Assembly (NCBI GenBank): GCA_002269645.1
Contig: NIVC01000021.1
Location: 2,905-66,904 of the forward strand
Direction: 5' to 3'
DNA length: 64,000 nt
From: Macrostomum lignano
Taxonomy: Eukaryota
Shown: piece after piece, positions 1-10,897 of the stretch
Position numbering within the stretch: the stretch's first letter is position 1
How the letters are laid out: each line of letters starts with the position of its first letter
Program-made: the position numbers and the translations under genes
The notes under the pieces: generated by a model
Seen by the model: the letters and a program-made list of their open reading frames with translations, nothing else
Database searches by the model: none
Told to the model about the DNA's origin: nothing

Positions 1-495
1 GAGAGATCAGGATCGGGAGCTGAGAGATCAGGATCGGGAGCTGGGGGATCAGGATCGGGAGCTGAGAGATCAGGATCGGGAGCTGGGGGATCAGGATCGG
101 GAGGCTGGGGATCAGGATCGGGAGCTGGGGGATCAGGATCGGTAGCTGAGGGACCATGATCGGGAGTTGAGGGATCAGGACCGGGAGCTGAGGGATCAGG
201 ATCGGGAGATGGGGGATCAGGATCGGGAGCTGGGGGATCAGGATCGGGAGCTGGGGGATCAGGATCAGGAGCTGAGGGATCAGGATCGGGAGATAGGGGA
301 TCAGGATCGGGAGCTGGGGGATCAGGATCGGGAGCTGGGGGATCAGGATCGGGAGCTGGGGGATCAGGATCGGGAGCTGGGGGATCAGGATCGGGAGCTG
401 AGGGATCAGGATCAGGAGCTGAGGGATCAGGATCGGGAGATGGGGATCAGGATCGGGAGCTGGGGGATCAGGATCGGGAGCTGGGGGATCAGGAT
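1..495. repeat. 21-bp minisatellite (GGATCAGGATCGGGAGCTGGG-like), continues off the left edge
   Basis: Direct tandem repetition; ORF 167..520 is a 7-aa periodic artefact. Confidence 0.95.
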
Positions 496-1792
496 GGTTA
501 ATCTGGAATCTGAAAAATAAGGAAGTCGCGTACAATGAAAGCGGGCAGCCGATTCCACAATAAAGTAAGACACAGCAGTGCATCTACGAGTAGGATGTAC
601 CTATATGCTTGTATTTGTTTGTACAGGTGTGCCTCGCTGATTCGCTAAGTAAATTTGAACAATTTTGACGCCAAAAAAAACTGTCAAATTAACACTTAAT
701 TTTTAAAAGAAATTTCGCAAGCAGTTTTATAAACAGAGAGACAGAGAATAAAAATGAGGAAAAGATGGAGACTGGAGCGCGAAAGTCAGAAAAATGACGG
801 ATCCGAGAGCACACGCAGAGATAAGTGAGTCATTATTCATAGATAAGCAAAGTCTAAATATTCAAGATAAAAAATGTTGCGTTCAGCCAGTCAATTTAAA
901 CGATGATGCACTACTGCTAGTACTAAATAAGCAAATATTTTCACATAAAACTACAAAAAACTGCTGGATGAATTACGCACTGGCAGGGCTGTGCCCGAAC
1001 TCTGTAAACTAGTAAGCGGCTGTTAAAGTCAGCAAAACAAAGAGTAATATTAACAATAGTAATAATAATAATAGTATTAACACGGATAGCAGCAGGAGGG
1101 AATCAATTCATCAACAGAAACCCAGCATGATCTGTATTGGTGTAGCCGGGATGTCAGGGGGGGGGGTTCGTCAAACAGAGGACGCAAGTAGTTAAGAAGA
1201 CAAGGCCGCAAGTAGTGTGAGAGGCGAATAGACAGCAATATTTGCAGAATATAAATAATCAATAATTAATAAACGGAGCCACGATCCGGAGAGAATAGAA
1301 AATGAAAACAGTAAAAGACGGCAGAGATTAGCAATCAACAGGTGAAAAGCAGAAGCCTGGCAGATGGGGGGGGGGCATCAGACAGAGCTGTCGCGCCTCA
1401 CCCCGGGTCAATTCGGGTCAATCATCAAAAACAAAAATTGGGCCATAGCACCTCGAAGGGATCGGGGAACACACCAAAGTTCTGAGAGAGAGAAAAACTC
1501 ACGATGTCGCTAAGCCGCTCAGGTGAATAAATGAATGACAATTGCCAACAGCATAAATAATAATTTATGTAAGCATTGATTGATAGACCGCACAGATGGC
1601 TTAAACAGGTCAGCTCAGCTCAAGATTTAAATAGAAAAAAGTGACAAGCAAGTCAAACTTCCATATTCCCCTTGGAGGATAAAACCGAGCCTTCTTACCT
1701 GATCAGAGAAGCAATTAAAAACGCAATTAAACCCCCCCCCAAAAAACAACAAAAGGCCATTTAGAATTTCTCTAGATAAAATATCAAAGCAA

Positions 1793-3417
1793 TCAAAACG
1801 GAGCGATGAGCTCTCTGATAATATCCTGCAGTTTGCCCAGCACCTCCTGCCTCACGTGGCTGATGGCCGGCAGAATCCGGTCGATCTGCTGCTGCAGCTC
1901 CGGCACGAAGGCCTGCGCCTGGCCCTGCGACCGGTACAGGCCCTGCACCGCCTGCACCCGGTCCCGCAGCTGTTGGTGCGCCTCCTCCGGTGAGCAGGTC
2001 TCGATGCTCATCGCCAGGGCCACTTGCTGCACGTTTGCGGCCAGCTCGGCAGCCGACTGGGCGAGGTTTGGCCGCGCCTGCTGTTGCTGTTGCTGCTGTT
2101 GCTGGAGCTGCTGGAGCTGCGGCAACTGCTGCTGCTGTAGCTGGCGCTGCTGATGCTGCTGCGCGAGCTCCTGCAGGCTTGACAGCGATATGGGCACCGC
2201 GCCCTGCGGCGTCACAGCCAGCAGAGCGATGGTGCCGGGCGGCAGGCAGGGCAGCAGGCTGCCGGGACCGCCGCTGACAGCCGGGGCGGCGGCTCCGCCC
2301 ATCATGGGCAGCACATCGGCTGCTGCTGCTGCAGCTGGTACTGCGCTGGCAGCTGCTGCAGCTGCATCGGCTGCAGAAATTGCTGCTGCTGCTGATGTTG
2401 CGAAACAATCATCATTGGCTGTTGCTGATGCAGGAGCTGCTGAGGCTGCTGCTGCTGCTGCAGCACTTCTTCCTGCTTGGGCTGCTTCACAACGGCGGAC
2501 GGGACCGCCGCCGCCGCGCCCAGATTAGCGGTCTTCTTCAACTGCTTTGCGGCAGTCGGGGCCGAGGTGGAGGGCCTGTCGGCCTGCTGCTGGGCGGCTT
2601 TTGCAGTCTGCGCTTTCAGCTTCTCCTAGAATTTATTTTTCAGAGAAAAAAAATTGCAAAGCAACCTAAGAATTTGGAAGACTCTCATCAAAAATGTTGT
2701 TTGAACAGAGCTAATTTTCGCTGCGGGTAAATAGCCAGAGTAACTTCTACGTAACTGCCTCGCCAGCTAAATAGCATTGCCCCTACCGTGCTACTATCAG
2801 TAAACAGCTTGTAAAAGTGAGCCAGAGTATCGCATAAATACACTGAACCAACCTGAAATGCGCGATAGGAATCGGTTTGCTTGTAAGCCGCCAGATCCTT
2901 CTCGTACTGCTCCATGGCTTTCTTGTACAGCTCCGAGTAGCGCTCCTTCTCCTCCGTTGACAGATCCCGCCACTGCTGGGCCACCACTTTGATCTGGTCC
3001 CGGCCTTTCAGCTTCAGATCCGGCGTGTCCCGGATGTGCACCCCCAGCTGCTCCATGCGCTCCTTCACGAAGATGGTGTAGGCGGAGCGCGGGTTCAGCG
3101 GCTCCTGCGGGTCCCGGCGTGCTCGGCGGGAGCGCCGGCCGAAGCCGATCGGCTTTCGCTGCTTCGGCGGCCGGGCTGCGGCTGCGGCGTCGGCGGCGTC
3201 GGCGGCCCCCAAGTCGGAGGCGGGGCCCCCTGCGTCATCCTCGCTGACGGGCGCGCCGGCGCCGTTGCCGACTGCGGCGCCGCCGCGACCCGTCACGTCC
3301 TCGATGATGCGCGTTAGAGACACTTTGGCTGCCGTCTTGTCTTCTGCTTCTGCTGCTGCTGTGAGTGCAGAGCGGCGCGGGAGCGCATCAATATTTTTGA
3401 GATTCGCTTTGAGAATT
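1793..3417 (-). CDS. HMG-box protein, HMG20/BRAF35-like, 5'-incomplete; exons ~3417..2853 and 2625..1793 with an apparent 1-nt frameshift near 2310
   Basis: HMG box PLNPRSAYTIFVKERMEQ...AQQWRDLSTEEKERYSELYKKAMEQYEKDLAAYKQTDSY. GT donor at 2852 and AG acceptor at 2627-2626 join in phase 0. A Q-rich linker (ORF 2302..2541) shifts into the coiled-coil ORF 1793..2314. Acceptor CAG at 3420-3418 implies an unseen upstream exon. Confidence 0.75.
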
Positions 3418-3429
3418 CTGGCAGTGCTG

Positions 3430-3855
3430 ATGGAGCTCAGCAATCCCTCCCGTGAGTACTGGACCAGCTCAGCAATCCCTCCCCTGAGTACTGGACCAGC
3501 TCAGCAATCCCTCCCCTGAGTGCTGGACCAGCTCAGCAATCCCTCCCCTGAGTACTGGAACAGCTCAGCCATTCTTCACTCACTGCTGGACATGCTTGGG
3601 CGCAACCTAGGGATTCACCCGGCCGTTTCTATTGGCAACACACACATGTAAGTCGCTATTGGACGGAATAGTAGTCACGTGACTGTTCTCAGCCAATAGC
3701 GACTTACATGTGTGTGTTGCCAATAGAAACAGCCGAGTGATTCCCAAGGTTGCGCATGTATGCTGCTGGACCAGCTCAAATGCTTCACCAAGTGCTGGAC
3801 CAGCTCAGATATGCTTCACCAAGTGCTGGACCAGCTCAGGGATGCTTCACTCACT
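3430..3855. repeat. ~32-bp tandem repeat (CCAGCTCAGCAATCCCTCCCCTGAGTACTGGA and variants), interrupted by a MITE
   Basis: Repeated TGCTGGACCAGCTCAG core on both sides of the 3591..3762 insertion. Confidence 0.85.
3591..3762. mobile_element. 172-bp palindromic hAT-type MITE
   Basis: 8-bp TSD CTGCTGGA at 3583-3590 and 3763-3770. Perfect inverted arms at 3625-3662 and 3693-3730. Right end GTTGCGCATGTATG is the exact reverse complement of the left TIR of the 43657 element. Confidence 0.85.
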
Positions 3856-5099
3856 GCTGGACCACATCATTGATATAAGTACATGCGCATAGTGTCATAG
3901 AGTCAATCTACTTATGCACTGTTTAATTAAGTCCAATTATGTTGGCTGAGGTATCAGATAAGGGAGATTTGTACTTTTTTGTACAATTTTGACTTTTTAC
4001 TTTAAATTAAATTTTATAGTTTAAAAGACCAATAGGCTTTTTATTCATTAAAAATGTTAAACACTGTCAGCCATAGTTATCAGCTTCTTTTCAAGCCTTT
4101 TTAGTTATTTTTGGTTTGTTTCAGTGTGTTTTTAAAAATAAAAATGCATTAAAGCTACATGAATTAGGCCTAAAGTATATTAGTCACATTTTTACAATAT
4201 GCTTTTTATTAAGTCAAGCTGGAAAAACTACTAGAATCAAAGGTAAAAAATTCAATATTATTTAATTTATCTAATTAGATCAAAGATAACTTGTAGAAAC
4301 TATTGCAACATGTTAATGTTACTATTATCCCTCATCCCTTCAGTTAGGCTATAAGCAACTCATAGACATGTTTTTACCATAATACTATTATCATCCATTT
4401 GCACTAATATACATTCAACTAAAAATAATTTAAAAAAAAACTACATTAGTACCTATAGGCCTAGTCCATAGGATATATGGTCATTTTATATGCCACTTTT
4501 TATCTTATAAAGAGATATAATGCAAAATCATTTTTATGTATATAATTTTGTTTATCACAACATTTTAGAGAAATATAACAACCTATTATATAAGATTTAA
4601 ACATACAATAAGAAAAATCAAATTTTAAATATACTTTAAACAATTTATTTTAACTTTAATTGAATAATACATTAGTTTAAATGGATGATTAAGTTATTAA
4701 TGTTTTGTTAACTATTGATTATTTATATTATAGATACTTGATAGATTAGTTATTAAAGATAAAACATTAAGATATAAGAAAATTATTAGATTCACTTATC
4801 TTTTAACATTAGTAGAACTATAATAATAGTTGTCAGTTGTTAATATCATTAAAATGTTTATCTTTCTGTTATATTAATTAAGTCATTATTATTGATATTG
4901 TAGTTAATACTTTATAATATTTAAAATAGCAATTAAATTTGTATTATAAGCCAGAATGGAATCTTTGCATAGCAATTTTGGTATAAAAAGTAGCAAACTA
5001 TTTTTTCATAAGTTTTTAAACCTTAAAATATGCAAATTTTAAAAGGTACTTGATTTTTATAAGCATATTTTTATAGGTTTTCTTTTTCAACAAGATAGA

Positions 5100-5586
5100 C
5101 GGGATACCATAGAAGCTTGAGAGATCTTTTTGGAAATGGTACAACACTCCGATTAGGATTGTCTTTCGCACTGCCAAGGTGGGTCAATTTGTCAGCAATC
5201 TCAAGTCCCGTGTTCCTCGTGCTCTAGTTGCAGGTGTCATCTATAAATTTTGTTGTTCTGAAGATCAGAATATCTCTTACGTGGGAAAAACCAAAAGACA
5301 CCTGCACACCAGAGTTAGGGAGCATTGGCTGAAAAAATCTGCTATCCAGGACCACCTTCTGGAATGCAAGGGCTGCTGTGACAGAGAACAGATTGAATTG
5401 TTTAAAATTATCGACTGTGTTAACTCTGAATTCAAGCTTAGCATTCTTGAAGCGCTGCACATCAAAGCTCAAAATCCCAGTCTCAATGTGCAATTGCTAC
5501 ATAGTGGTGCGGGCCACCTTCTTAGGGTGTTTTGAGTTTGACTATTTTTTGTTGCGCGTACATTTTGTTTTTTTTACATCTGTTTG

Positions 5587-5651
<65 letters not shown>

Positions 5652-5860
5652 ATTATTCTCGCTTAACTCCAACCCCTAGTTTTTTTATGTTTTTTGTACA
5701 TTGGTTACCCTCCCATTTTCAATTTGACACTTGAGATAGTACAATCGTTTGCTCATTTATATTGAGTGTTTCGTTCAGTGATAAAATATACCCTGACGAC
5801 GGCCCTAGTGGGTTGAAACGCGTTGGTTTTCGCCTTAAATGTTGATCTTAAGCTTTATTT
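5100..5860 (+). mobile_element. Penelope-like retroelement 3' fragment: GIY-YIG endonuclease, (CT)n tract, hammerhead-containing pLTR
   Basis: ORF 5179..5535 VIYKFCCSEDQNISYVGKTKRHLHTRVREH...LEALHIKAQNPSLNVQ, then (CT)n at ~5589-5650 and a hammerhead core. Confidence 0.9.
5790..5827 (+). ncRNA. Minimal type I hammerhead ribozyme (PLE-associated)
   Basis: ACC-CTGACGA-C-GGCCC(TAGT)GGGTT-GAAAC-GC-GTT^GGT: conserved core, wobble-containing stem II, 3-bp stem I, predicted cleavage after 5824. Confidence 0.8.
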
Positions 5861-5884
5861 ATTTGCTATTAATCAAGCGAGCAA

Positions 5885-6850
5885 CTCTACCACAAATGTT
5901 CATGAATTGGAGAGTTTCGTTGCCTATGTTCCTTGGCTCTCGTGAGTAGGTGTTGCTTGGTTTTACCAATGTAGGTAATGCTCTGGTCAACAGAGCAACG
6001 AAAACGATAGATGACACCTGCCTTGAGAGCACATGGAACACGAGACTTTAAACTCCCAACAAATTGACTGACTTTATGAGTACGGAACACTACATGAATC
6101 TTAGTCTTAAAGAATTTTTGGCAAGTTTTGCGAATTTGCCTCTTAAACACAATCGAAGAGTTGCCCAAAAAAGGAAGAGTCAAGATTGGTTCTCCTGGTT
6201 CTCTATCTGGCCGCTTAGGTTTAAGCTTTTTTTCAATTTTTTCATCTAAGAAATTACCAATAACCTTCATGATGTAGTTGATAGGGTATCCATTGGCAGT
6301 GAGAATATTGATAATGTTGGTAAACTCGTTGTGCAGCAACGACCAAGAGCAACATACTGTATAGGCACGATGAAGCAGACAACGAATGACTCCCGTCTTC
6401 CATTCCCTGGGGCACAACGCCTGGAAATTAAGCATCAAGTTAGTGAATGTGGGCTTGCGATACACTTCGGTCTCAATAGCGCAGTCCTTCAGATGGATCT
6501 CGATGTCAAGAAACGGTAGTTTCTTTCCACCATATTCCACAGTGAATTTAATGTTAGGATGGGTGGCGTTTATTGTGTTGAAAAATTGCAGAAAGTCTTC
6601 CTCGTTATCAAAAATAGCGCATGTGTCATTGACATACCGTTTGTAAAATTTCGGAGCACAGCTTTTTTCCATCCAGGTTTTCTCCCAATGTGACATGCAA
6701 ACGTTAGCAAGAGTGGGGGCAAGAGAGCTGCCCATAGTGCAGCCGTCAATTTGCTGGAAGTACTTATCGCCGAATTGGAATATCCCAGACGTGGCAATAA
6801 CCAACAATTTCTTAAACACTTTCTCCGGGATTGGTGGCGCTGGGTGCAAG
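5885..6850 (-). mobile_element. Penelope-like retroelement inverted segment: RT C-terminal half, thumb, start of GIY-YIG; catalytic motif reads YVND
   Basis: ORF 5887..6873: FQFGDKYFQQIDGCTMGSSLAPTLAN, KRYVNDT, LPFLDI, VYRKPT, VIYRFRC...YIGKTKQHL. Confidence 0.92.
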
Positions 6851-6882
6851 CGACACCTACTCACGAGAGCCAAGGAACATAG

Positions 6883-7665
6883 GGCTCATTCCATATAAGC
6901 ATGGTCGTAACATGACAGGTTATTTTTACTTATAAAATGAAATCTAATAATAGAATATACTAAACCAATATTTTAAATGAAAGATTATTTTGTCTAGAAT
7001 ATATTTATAGAGTTTCATATAGATATCATCATTAGTATAGATGCTATTAAACCTTAAATGACACTTATGGTCGTAACGACAGGATTTTTGACATATAGAA
7101 CCAAAAGGTAAAAGTCATAACATTTTTCATTTTTGATATTTTGCAATACATTTTTAAAATTTGACTAAGAACATCTTTAGAAATCATACTCTTTTATTAG
7201 AATATATAAACTCAAAAGGCAACAAAGATACAAAAGAAAAGGCAGCCTTATGGTTGTAACATTATGGTCGTAACATATTTTTTTCTGTCAATTCAGTAAC
7301 TTTGAGGTACTAATACATTAAAAATATAATAGATTATTTGGTCACCAATGCTTTTATCTGATGATGCAAGTACTATACTTTTATCTATAGTTTGTTTCAA
7401 CCTTCAAAAGCTTTCTATTTGTTTTTAAAAGGTACAAAATCTTAATGATGTCTTTTGCTTTGAAAAATGTCCAAATTTTTACAAAAATGACTTTTTGCCA
7501 ATTGATAACATACTAATCCAATATTTTACCATTCCTTTATTCTTAGATTGTATATATTGCACAATATAAACATTTGGTAAAAAAATAGGCTAATTAGGCA
7601 ATGGCAAGCAAAAATATTGACTTTTTTCTATTTTCCAAATATGTCCATCTTATATGAAATGAGCC
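6883..7665. mobile_element. 783-bp non-autonomous TIR DNA transposon inserted in the Penelope endonuclease
   Basis: TIRs GGCTCATTCCATATAAGCATGG and reverse-complement GGCTCATTTCATATAAGATGG; ATAG on both flanks; AT-rich interior with repeated ATGGTCGTAAC. Confidence 0.8.
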
Positions 7666-8082
7666 ATAGCCATAGGCAACGAAACTCTCCGATTCATGAA
7701 CATTTGCTGCAATGCCATGGTTGTTATGATGAGCCAGACATAACCTCTCATTTCAAGGTCATAGACAACAGCAAAAATGAGCATAAACTTAACATTCTTG
7801 AAGCTCTGCACATTAAGTTACACAAACCCACTCTCAATGTCCAACTATCTGGAGGAGGTGCGAGTGAACAGCTGTTGGTGTTCTAAGCTAGAGTACATTT
7901 GGGGCGCATACGCCTCATTCTCTCTCTCTCTCTCTTTTTTTTCTCTGTCCTGTCATTCCACAAAAAATATTATGAACATTGCTATACTGTACATTGATCC
8001 TTTAGTCCTTTTATATCTTTTCAATACCTGATTTTGTCGTCTACACAGTATTTAATAGGTTGAAATAAATTCTGTTCGATAG

Positions 8083-8120
8083 TGCCTGAAGATGGCTAGT
8101 TTTAGCCGAAACGCGTCGCA
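8083..8120 (+). ncRNA. Minimal type I hammerhead ribozyme (PLE-associated), canonical GUC site
   Basis: TGC-CTGAAGA-T-GGCTA(GTTT)TAGCC-GAAAC-GC-GTC^GCA; predicted cleavage after 8117. Confidence 0.88.
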
Positions 8121-8822
8121 AATAATATTGAGTTTTGTCTTACTATTAAGCTAGATACATGCTTATATCATAGCATTGAAATAAAAATATGGTCTAGAGG
8201 CTAGACCACGCCACGACCAGGACTACACTAGGCCTAGCCGCCTAGGGACTACAACCTATTATACTATAGACTGCAAGCCTATAATCTTATAGGTCTATGA
8301 TTCTAGTATGTACAAAAATTATACTAAGGCCTATAAATTTCATAAGCCTAATCTTAGTCGATTTTTAGGCTAGGCATAGCTAGTTACAGTACAGTAAGTC
8401 GAATTATAAAAATTGCCAAATGGGGCCTACTTCTAATTAGCAGCGTTTATTTAAATAATGATTGACTGGAGAGAACTTGATTTTGTTTTGTTCCATAAAT
8501 TGCTTGTTTTTAGAGTTATTTTAGTTAAGCTAGCAACATTCTATACCATTATAGACAGTACGAGATTAGTATTGTAAAAGATCATCGATAAACAAAGTCG
8601 CAGAAAAATTCACATACGGCAGTAAGTTAAATTTTATTTCAAAAATTAACAAAACTAACACCTAATTGTATTGTTTATTTGTACAAGAATACAGAAGTTA
8701 ATTCGAAAATATTTTTTTGCTTATTATCATTCAAGGGAATGACACTATTTTCTTTGCAAAGGAGTCAACGACGTCTAGCAAAGTCTAGACTCTTCTGACA
8801 ACAGTAGTCCAAAGACTACTTT

Positions 8823-9546
8823 AAGTAGAAGGACGGGAAACCTCGTTTCTTAGAAAATTTTAGAAGGCAGTATTCCCGAAATAATACACTACGGAGATAG
8901 GAAGTTTTCATTTTTTAGAACAAAAATTGTCATTGCTTTTGATAAGGAGGCAGATCCAATGTTCATCTTTTGATATGTTGTACCTTTCTTTTTGCTCTAT
9001 CGATATTCATAAAGCTTTTTCTTCAGAAAATTAGGATTCTATGTTAATTTTTTATTCTACGTACATTTCCTGTACTTTTAAAAATCATAAAAATGCAATG
9101 ACACAGCTCGAATCTTTGGTTTTATGAATCTATATTTTATCATCTCTGTTACAAATATTTATATGTTACACAGTCAGCTAAGAATGATAAAATAGACTCA
9201 TAAAACCAAAGAGCCGATCTGTGCCATTTCAATGGTTTTTAGGCACACAATACACGTGCAAATGTACGTAGAATAAACAATTCACATCCATATACTAAAA
9301 ACAATGAAAATCTTGTATGTGCGCATAGAATCCTAATTTTCTGAACGAAAAGCTCTATGAATATCGATAGAACAATAAGAAAGGCAAAACATATTTAAAA
9401 GATGAACACTGGATCTGCCTCCTATCAAAAGCAATTACAATTTTTGTGCTGAAAAAAATGAAAACTTCCTATCTCGTAGTGTATTTTTTCGGGAAAACCT
9501 GCCTTCTAAAACTTTCTAAGAAACGAGGTTTCCCGTCCTTCTACTT
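8823..9546. mobile_element. ~724-bp foldback/MITE-like element with long imperfect inverted arms
   Basis: AAGTAGAAGGACGGGAAACCTCGTTTCTTAGAAA at 8823 mirrors TTTCTAAGAAACGAGGTTTCCCGTCCTTCTACTT ending at 9546; inverted similarity extends ~330 bp inward. Confidence 0.85.
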
Positions 9547-10384
9547 GAGTCGTCCTTGCAGTAGTCACAGAAACAGAAACAGAGAAAAATTAGCAGAAAA
9601 CCGCAGCTTTTCGAAGCAAAGAATCCGAGGGCTGCCAAAAGTAGCCAAATATCACGGAAGGATTATTTGCACGTAACGTGCATGTAATTTTTGGCAAGTC
9701 ATTTTTGAAATTCATGTTGGCACTTTATACAGGGCACATACATGTATAGCCAGCTGAATTTTACTCGAAAGCTACGATTGCACAAACAATAGCCGCCAAG
9801 GCGTCTTCAGAGGATTTTACTGCTTCAGGACCGCGCCGAGTCATGTAGACATAACCAAGCAATAACTGCACCGGAAAAATCAACGTCGATTGTTTGAACC
9901 GAATTGATTCTCGTTGATGGTTGACCTAACATCGCATGCAATCTCAACAGCTGTAGCCATCACATGGTTATTGGCCACTTTACGTGTGTATAGGCGCTTA
10001 CAGTAACATTATAATTATTTGTAACCAAGTCTGCACTGCCGTGAGTCCCGCTATGAAAGATTAAAATAGCTTCAAAAGTTTTTATGATTAATTTATTGCC
10101 TCTGCTTACTGTTGCGCTCATGGAGAACTAAAGTAGAAGAACGCTACATTCGATTTTCCTAGAAATCAGCTGGAGGCCTGCAAGGAGCGAATATTTGTCG
10201 CATATCGCTAGTGCACTTTGTATGCTCTCCAGAAATTGCATTTTTCGAGCGTGGATTTTTTCGTCCAAATTTGTGTATGGCCCACAATGAGGACTACTTA
10301 AAAAAAAATATATATATTACTTCAGTCGTCCTTGATGGCGCACTCGTCCATGATCACCGCTATCTAGTACTCTAGAGCATACTC

Positions 10385-10488
10385 GCGCCAGCACCAAAGG
10401 GCGCCAGCACCAAAGTGCGCCAGCACCAAAGTGCGCCAGCACCAAAGGGCGCCAGCACCAAAGGGCGCCAGCACCAAAGGGCGCCAGC
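10385..10488. repeat. 16-bp minisatellite GCGCCAGCACCAAAG(G/T), ~6.5 copies
   Basis: Direct inspection. Confidence 0.9.
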
Positions 10489-10897
10489 TCTTGTTTTTTT
10501 AATTTAGTTTGGGAAGCTGCTAAATTTGAGACCAGGGGGCGCCAAACCTGCCGCGAGGGCGCGCTCTAATTTTTACCAGTCTAGTGGGAGGGCAAGCAGC
10601 GGCCTCCCTTGTGCCCCCCTGACGACTCTGAAACAATTTAAACAAATAAAATCTAACAAAAGCAAATTGTTAAATTGATGAAGTGTTGCAAATTTACTCT
10701 GCATCTGCCCCGATTATGTTATATTCTCATAAGCGAACTTTTCACTCTTCAATGTAAGCCGATCATGTCAAGTAAAAATGAGAGACACGAAACTGTACAT
10801 GAAATAAAAGTAAAGCCTCCCTCCGATTCCAAATGAAGAGTCAATTTCAAGTAGAAAAGTGCGAGCGTTTCGGTAGAAGCAATACATGTAGATGGAA

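Larger units (their letters stand above)
6847..8130 (+). mobile_element. 3' part of the same Penelope-like element (GIY-YIG end, (CT)n, hammerhead), split by a MITE
   Basis: KRHLLTRAKEHR at 6847-6882 resumes as HRQRNSPIHEHLLQC...LEALHIKLHKPTLNVQ after 7670; this duplicates ~67 nt of the inverted segment. Confidence 0.88.
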
